In this document: positions 57,928 to 64,000 of the stretch, in pieces
Layout of the letters: every line of letters starts with the position of its first letter
Position numbering within the stretch: the stretch's first letter is position 1
From: Diplonema japonicum
Taxonomy: Eukaryota; Protista; Euglenozoa: Diplonemea
Direction: 5' to 3'
DNA: 64,000 nt
NCBI GenBank assembly: GCA_964019335.1
Contig: OZ025706.1
Location: forward strand, 248,001 to 312,000
Notes under the pieces: model-generated
What the model saw: only the letters and a program-made list of their open reading frames with translations
Databases searched by the model: none
What the model was told of the DNA's origin: nothing
Made by a program: the position numbers and the translations under genes

Positions 57928-58590
57928 TCACCCTGGAGTGGAAGACACCCTCGAGGACGCGGTCCGAGGCGATTGTGTCAGATTGTGTTCCAACAGAACG
58001 CTGGTGATCACTTCTTGGGGTATTAACATGTTCTTGAGGGCGGTAAGGCGTTCCTCTGCCCATTGGTTGCCCACCGGGTCATTGAGGAGCTCGGCAAGAT
58101 CTTTTCCAAATAGTTGTCTTGCCTCTTCTTTGTACCGGCGCAGAGTTGTTTCGGCTTCTTCTGCTATGGTCTGTGAAGCCTTGAGCCGTGCTTCAAGAGC
58201 ACGGGCAAGTTGTATGGAAGCCTCGGAGAGTTCATTGTTACTAGCAGTGCGGAGGTTTATGCTCAAAATTCCGGTTTTAACTTTTCTCTCAGCGCCAAGA
58301 AGGCATTCGTAAAATCCTTCCAGTCCTCCATCTACGTCGCCGTAAACCCGTTTCCACGGGCTGGTTATCACTACTAAATGTTTCCCCGTGAACCTTATTC
58401 CTTGCAGGTCGCTCAGAGAGATGACCCTAAACTTGTTCGAGAAGGTACATTCCTCCTTTATTGCTCGTTTGTACAGACTAAGGAGCCGGCGTTTCTTATC
58501 TGGCAATACATCTACTGAGCTGGAGGGGTTTTTTTTTTTTTTTTTTTTTTTTTTTCTTTCCATACCATACAGCCAGTGGTGCTTCACTGG
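57928..58590 (-). CDS. Hypothetical protein with a C-terminal coiled coil; 5' exons unresolved
   Basis: Open frame 57928-58520 preceded by an A-tract GT-AG intron (about 58520-58570); a further exon is possible near 58720-58770. Confidence 0.6.
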   Translation of the reverse strand, partial: PVKHHWLYGMERKKKKKKKKNPSSSVDVLPDKKRRLLSLYKRAIKEECTFSNKFRVISLSDLQGIRFTGKHLVVITSPWKRVYGDVDGGLEGFYECLLGAERKVKTGILSINLRTASNNELSEASIQLARALEARLKASQTIAEEAETTLRRYKEEARQLFGKDLAELLNDPVGNQWAEERLTALKNMLIPQEVITSVLLEHNLTQSPRTASSRVSSTPG

Positions 58591-58947
58591 CTATGCTGTG
58601 CATTTCATTTTGGTTGATTTTTTTTTCCCCTCCCACTTTTTTTTTGTTTTGTTTTTGTTTTCCGCTTTTTTTTTTTTTGTTTTTGTTTTCATCCCCCCGT
58701 TTCGTTTACGTGGCACAGACCTTCCATAAGAAAACGAAAGGTACTTGGCACCATCGCGTGGATGTGTTGCCAAAAAAAAAAAAAAAAATAGCACGAGAAA
58801 CAAAAAAAAAGTAGAATAAAACAAATGACAGATACAGTCATGATGTGAAGGAGAGGGACAAAAAAAAAAAAAAAAAAAAAGAGTGATGCAAATCCACCAC
58901 CCCCCAATTCTACTTCTTTTTTTTTTTTTTCTTCTTCCTTTTTTTTC

Positions 58948-59469
58948 TTAGTCGTCCAGTTTTGTCCATCGGAAATTCTCATGCGTAATCCAGTACCTGA
59001 TTTTTTTTTTTTCCCCCTCCCCTGCATACTTCGCTTTCTCGTTGCATTTTTCTTTCCAAATTATGAGGGTCTGTGTATACCCTCGTGAAGTCTCCTCGGC
59101 ATAGCGGCACGTGCCTGTGACCAAAGCGAGAGCGTGGCTGTCGTCCACTATTGGCTGGACGTCCAAAGTTCTGATGACGTGTTTAGTTTTCACGTCTAAA
59201 AATTGTTGCACGAGCTTATCGACCCCGTCAAGTGTCAGAGAGTGGCCGTTCCAGGTTATCGACGACCCGGGCTTGTACAGATAATACAATTTTGAGTGCT
59301 TCTCCTGCACCCCATTCGCTCCCACTCTTATTTCCAGTCTGTCTTCTCCGACTCCAGAGTCCCATGATTTATTATATACGCTCTCCAACAGCAACCTCAC
59401 ATCTTTGCTCAGCTGGCTTATCTGCTTGTTGGTGAGCCCACTGTTGTTGCTATTGCTGCCAAGCTCCAT
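58948..59469 (-). CDS. NXT1/NTF2-like nuclear export factor, paralog A
   Basis: 'LYKPGSSITWNGH', 'TKHVIRTLDVQP', 'LVTGTCRY', 'ITHENFRW'; intron 58997-59029. Confidence 0.85.
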   Translation of the reverse strand: MELGSNSNNSGLTNKQISQLSKDVRLLLESVYNKSWDSGVGEDRLEIRVGANGVQEKHSKLYYLYKPGSSITWNGHSLTLDGVDKLVQQFLDVKTKHVIRTLDVQPIVDDSHALALVTGTCRYAEETSRGYTQTLIIWKEKCNEKAKYAGEGEKKKIRYWITHENFRWTKLDD

Positions 59470-59492
59470 TTTTTTTTTTTTTTTTGTTGTTG

Positions 59493-59523
<31 letters not shown>

Positions 59524-59741
59524 CATGAAAGCACCCCGAGAAAAAAAAAAAAAAAAAAAAAGGTGACCGCGGAGCCGCTAGGGTAGGGCGAATGGCAAAC
59601 CAGCCAGATAGAACCAGCTAGAATAATAAACAAACAAAAAAAAAAAAAAAAAAAAAAAAAACACTTCAACTTTCTTTTTTTTTCTTTTATTTTCTTCACC
59701 CGCGACACTATTTCTTTTTTTAAAACATTTTTTTTTTTTTT

Positions 59742-59781
59742 TTAAATCCACCGGAAATTATCATGTATAATCCAATGCCTG

Positions 59782-59823
<42 letters not shown>

Positions 59824-60282
59824 CCCTCTTCAAAATCACCATACATAGACCGATCTGGGTCGGTAGCGTGTGTTTCCTTCCATATGATTAGCATGTGTGA
59901 AAACTTCCGTTTTGTCTCGTCGCTGTACGTGCACACTCCCGTGGCTGTGACGAGGCTGTGGTTATTCTCCAACACAGGCTGCACGTCCAAGGATGTGATG
60001 ACATGCTTCGTTTTGATATTGATGGTGTGCTGGATAAGCGCGTCCACCCCCTCTTTATTAATCACGTTACCGTTCCACGAAATGCTGGCGTCAGGTCTGT
60101 ACAGAAAGTACACCTTGGCGTGTTTCTCCACAACCCCCGTTGCATTGGGCCTCGACTCAAGTCTGCTCTCCCCTATCCCTCCATCCCAAGCAGCATAGTA
60201 ATGCCGCTCAAGCAGCTTTTTCGCGTCACCGGTCCTCTTTTCTATGTCTTTTCGGACCTCAATATCGGATTTTATTTCCGTC

Positions 60283-60284
<2 letters not shown>
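59742..60284 (-). CDS. NXT1/NTF2-like nuclear export factor, paralog B
   Basis: 'LYRPDASISWNGN', 'TKHVITSLDVQP', 'IIHDNFRW'; intron 59779-59844 at the homologous position. Confidence 0.85.
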
Positions 60285-60320
<36 letters not shown>

Positions 60321-60374
60321 CCCTATATTCAAACTACTGTGAGGAAAAAAAAAAAAGAAAAAAAAAATTTTCTT

Positions 60375-60884
60375 TTACAAATTGTTGAACAGTAAATCGC
60401 AAAAGGTGTCGAAGTCTGTTTGGTCGAGTACCATCTGTAGATACCCTGCCACTAAACCTCCTTTTTTCATCGTTTCCTCGCACTCTTTGTAGAATGACTC
60501 CTCTGAGATCTTCTCGAGTGTGCAGTGACGTGTTAAGCATTTCTCGAAGGCCTCGAGGAACTTCTGGTAGATGACCATAACCTCGTTGGGCTTCTCCGAC
60601 GCAGAGGTGATGGTGTGCCGCATTGCGAGTGTAATGCCCTCCTCTTTCGCCCACGTCCTCCACTTTTCTTTCCACTCCTCCGACATCAAGTCCCCCACCA
60701 GCTTCTCAATAACGCTCGGCTCCGGGAGGGGGGGGGTGGCTTGCTGCCCGGGTGGCAACGGGACGTCCCCCATGTTCGAGAGCCCCGCCTTCAACCGTGC
60801 GATTTCTTTATCCTCGTTTGTGAGATCGCCGCCAGCAAGCTTAATTGGCCCGGAAGGGGGTTGCCACCCTCGAAGGGACGACAT
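60375..60884 (-). CDS. ARL2-binding (BART)/CFAP36-like domain protein
   Basis: 'IYQKFLEAFEKCL...ISEESFYKEC...YLQMVLDQTDFDTFCDLL' fits the BART domain. Confidence 0.75.
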   Translation of the reverse strand: MSSLRGWQPPSGPIKLAGGDLTNEDKEIARLKAGLSNMGDVPLPPGQQATPPLPEPSVIEKLVGDLMSEEWKEKWRTWAKEEGITLAMRHTITSASEKPNEVMVIYQKFLEAFEKCLTRHCTLEKISEESFYKECEETMKKGGLVAGYLQMVLDQTDFDTFCDLLFNNL

Positions 60885-61042
60885 GGTACGTGTGTGTTTA
60901 TTATCCCTTTCCCCCTATACTGAGCTGTTGCGTACATACACAAACTAAAAGAAAAAAAAAATTTTTTTTTCTAAATGGGAGAACATATGGGAGAGAATAA
61001 GAATCTCAGCGTTTTTTTTTTTTTTTTCTTTTTTTTTTCCGC

Positions 61043-62017
61043 TCAATAATTCGGTCCATCTGGCAAGATAGTGTCCATCAACAGCTCCCCTAATAACGAC
61101 GGGAGGAACCAGAAGTTCACAGCGATGTTGACAGACGACTCATGGTGGACTTGGTGCCACCAATGCGCAGGCACGAAGAGTATTTCCCCAGCGTGTACAG
61201 TCGCACTGGCGGGCACAGCCGAAGCAAAGTCAGGGAACGCGCTGAGGTCCGGGTTGGCCGGGTCGAGCTGCGAGAAATGCCGGTTTATCCCTGTTTTGGG
61301 GTACAAAAAATCGGTTTGAAAAGGGTCGTAAAGAGTAACTTTCCTCGTTCCTTGAATCTGGCAGAGGATGTTGTCCCACTGGTCATGGTGGAGGGGGGAT
61401 ACCTGCCCACCGGCACCAACCCACAACTGCGTTTTGTCAAGGTTCAAATCATCCGTAAATTCCGGAGAAGAAGCGTCAGCGTCCAGCCTGGGAAACTGTT
61501 TGATATCCTCTTCGGCAAGGTAAAAATCAACCTTTCTGTCGTTTTTCTTGAAAACGTCTAAAAACTCCGCCACTGTCATTCTGACTTTCTTCAACCCTTC
61601 GTTGCTGTAGAATCTGTTTGAGGTGCTGGTTTCCACACCTACAACATCGTCGCCAGCCTGTTCTCTTAAGAACGACAAGTCCCAGGGTTTGTTGCTCTTT
61701 GTGCATTTTATGTCAGGGTTTGATAGGATGAACGGTTTGCACCCTTTGACGTAATCGTCAAAAACTACCTTGTCTATGTGTGTCAGTCTCTCTATTTTTC
61801 CCTCTGGTAAGAATGTAGCCCCTGTCCCTGGTTTTACAAATTCGTTCATGTTATCAGCCAGTGCTTTTCTCAGCCGTGTTAGCTGCTCCTTTTGAGCCCT
61901 CCTCAGGTTTTGTTTGGCATCCCCGCCCACCAACACCCACCACAACCCTATTATCATTAAAATTGCACCAAGTGACTTGCCGTACCTTGCTGCTTTGGGG
62001 TTGCTTCTGAAGGGCAT
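61043..62017 (-). CDS. JmjC (cupin_8) 2OG/Fe oxygenase with an N-terminal TM anchor
   Basis: 'LWVG..SPLHHDQWDNILCQIQG', 'GEILFVPAHWWHQV', 'NIAVNFW'; HxD...H triad intact. Confidence 0.92.
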   Translation of the reverse strand: MPFRSNPKAARYGKSLGAILMIIGLWWVLVGGDAKQNLRRAQKEQLTRLRKALADNMNEFVKPGTGATFLPEGKIERLTHIDKVVFDDYVKGCKPFILSNPDIKCTKSNKPWDLSFLREQAGDDVVGVETSTSNRFYSNEGLKKVRMTVAEFLDVFKKNDRKVDFYLAEEDIKQFPRLDADASSPEFTDDLNLDKTQLWVGAGGQVSPLHHDQWDNILCQIQGTRKVTLYDPFQTDFLYPKTGINRHFSQLDPANPDLSAFPDFASAVPASATVHAGEILFVPAHWWHQVHHESSVNIAVNFWFLPSLLGELLMDTILPDGPNY

Positions 62018-62085
62018 TTTTTTTTTTTTTTTTTTTGTTCCCTCCCCCTTTTTTCTTTTTTTATTTTAGGGTTGGGTTTTGCGGG

Positions 62086-62117
<32 letters not shown>

Positions 62118-63170
62118 GGTAACGAGTGTTAAATAATGGCTCATTTGGCGGCAAGTAAGTCGTTTTTGCGGGTTTGCGGATTTCACTCTTCGTCATTTGG
62201 GTCACTGCTGTTTTTTTCCTCACACGGGCCAGCTTTTTTTTTGGGGGGGGGATTTTCTTAAGGCAATACGGGGTAGCTATTTCGCCGTGGCATTTTAAGG
62301 GGAAGTAGTACCCTCCCAGATTTTTCAAGGGGTTGGGTACATTTTTTTTTCCCCCACAACGAGGCCCATTTAGTGAAGAAAACGACGAAGAGTGAAATAA
62401 AAAAGTTTTTTGGGGGGAAAAAAAAATACCAGAATGGAAAAGAAGAAAAGGAAGAGGAGCAAAAGGAGACAGGATGCGATGTAAAAGGCGCTTGTAAGCG
62501 CAAACATCATCGCCCCTTTTTGTCACCCTCTCCCCCTCCGCCTAGAGATTGTCACAAGATATCTCGGACAAGTTGCAAGGGAATAAGAAAAAAAAGAAGA
62601 GAAAAACAAAGAAGGAGCAGAGCTGTGTAATATAGTAATATTTAGTCCTTCTGGTTTTTTCTTTTTTTTTTTTCCCCTTCTCCCCAACTAAACTTGCCCT
62701 TGCTCTATATGTTACAAAGAATGAAGAAGAAGAAGAAGAAGAGGGAATCTGTTTCTGCCAAAAAGCTGTTACTTTTTGATCCCCCCCGCGCGCAGATTTT
62801 CAAGCAAAATAAAATAATTTTTTATGACTATATGTCCTTGTTGTTCGCGAGCAAAAAAAGATTTAAAAAAAAAAAAAGATGCATTTTTTTTTTCCTTTTC
62901 TTTTCTGGGGCTCGGCCAAGTTGCATATCGTTATAAAATCATTTTCTGAAGAAATTAAAATATTTTGTAAGGAATATTTTGTAAAGAAAAAAAAAAGAAA
63001 AAAAGAAAAAAAAACAGAAATAGAATTTGAATCTATGATTTTTTTTTTTTTTTTTTTTTCCCCTTTTCTTTTTTCTCTTCAGGGGCTAGTCAGTACCCGA
63101 GAAAAAAAAGAAGAAACAAAAGAGAAAAAAGAGAAAAAAAAAAATGGCAGTTCCGAAATACATAACAGAC

Positions 63171-63217
<47 letters not shown>

Positions 63218-63431
63218 GTCTCGCTTGTTGCTTGACGCACTAGGGTCTTGTCCCTGAGCTTTCGAGTCGTTGCTCGGCCACTTTGTAAAGTGGTGTCCGA
63301 GAGTTCCGTTTCAACCAAACACTTTACGAGTTTATCATGAGGAAGCATTCCGCCCATTCACTGTAAAGCTGTATCGTTGCCGGGCCAGATCGGTAGGCTC
63401 CCTTCTTTGCACTATGGGTTTTTCTTTTTTC

Positions 63432-63467
<36 letters not shown>

Positions 63468-63478
63468 TTTTGCTGGAA

Positions 63479-63509
<31 letters not shown>

Positions 63510-63634
63510 CTACTGTAAAACTGTAGTTAATTACACAACGAATAAAGAAAACACAATGTCGCACCAAATCCCTATCGTCCAACAAAGGAGACACAGAAAT
63601 ATTATAAAAAAAAAAAAAAAAAAAAAATCCAAAA

Positions 63635-64000
63635 CTAAATAACGGCAGTATGCACCCTCTCAGGAGGCACGTCCAGAACATTCAAAACGTCATCGGCCAT
63701 CGTATTCACGAAAACGGGCGGCCCCGCAATATAATAGGTTGAGTCGTCCACACTAGGCACAGCACTGGAGAGGATCTTAGGGGTCAGGGGGCCTATAAGG
63801 CCTCCCCAGTCAGGATCGGGGCAAGACAAAACGTAGTGGACCGTGAGCAAAGGGGTCTCGGGAGGCGGGGTTTCCCTATACTGATCTATTTCCCAAGTGT
63901 CAAACTGGTGGGAAAACGCAAGATCTGCTCTCTCCTTTTCTTCATAGATAAGCGTGGCTTCTAATTGGCTATTTTCTTGCACCATAGATGCAATAAAAGG
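63635..64000 (-). CDS. C-terminal NAD(P)-binding domain of an FNR-family oxidoreductase (5' part outside the window)
   Basis: 'TLIY...DLAF..', 'VHYVLS..DPDW.G..G', 'YYIAGPPVFV', 'VPPERVH'. Confidence 0.8.
   Translation of the reverse strand, partial: PFIASMVQENSQLEATLIYEEKERADLAFSHQFDTWEIDQYRETPPPETPLLTVHYVLSCPDPDWGGLIGPLTPKILSSAVPSVDDSTYYIAGPPVFVNTMADDVLNVLDVPPERVHTAVI

Noticed and set aside
1033-59844. Non-canonical (non GT-AG) introns of the euglenid or marine-diplonemid type
   Set aside because: Every intron I could resolve has GT-AG ends, with no terminal repeats or end pairing.
6000-63600. Many short poly-Lys, poly-Phe and poly-Gly ORFs in the ORF track
   Set aside because: They are translations of intergenic or intronic homopolymer runs, with no coding signal.
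1-64000. Alternative genetic code or stop-codon reassignment
   Set aside because: TAA, TAG and TGA all end genes, and frame breaks in host genes are explained by introns.

Overview
Gene-dense eukaryotic nuclear DNA, almost certainly from a euglenozoan and most likely a diplonemid. Evidence: a paraflagellar-rod-family gene, an amastin-like gene, a repeated 'PCxHNNWDNVR..LRCRxC' zinc-finger module, and kinetoplastid-like gene order combined with abundant cis-introns. About 25 host genes lie head-to-tail on the minus strand across all 64 kb: BRR2, PUF, DED1-like helicase, CCCH protein, PPR, CASP/COY1, GT15-PAN, SPF45-like, 3 scramblases, amastin-like, NHE, 2 bestrophin-like, FYVE, PFR-like, ART-ankyrin, 2 NXT/NTF2, BART, JmjC and an FNR-type reductase. 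I resolved 27 GT-AG introns by hand; 24 are 33-66 nt. The splicing code is unusual: U at donor +4 in all 27, mostly a poly(A)/purine tract where the polypyrimidine tract normally sits, six AAAG acceptors, 8 in-frame stop-free introns that would encode Lys runs if retained, and a 3' bias within genes. Most start codons also follow an A tract. Accessory DNA includes a deleted piggyBac (13-bp TIR, TTAA TSD), a long-TIR Sola-like DDE relic, an antisense insert with a double-hairpin/RGG array inside an 837-nt intron, a retroelement-like pseudogene, and six dispersed intergenic repeat pairs that are all co-oriented. All calls come from manual reading and remembered motifs; no database searches were run, and homopolymer lengths may carry sequencing error.
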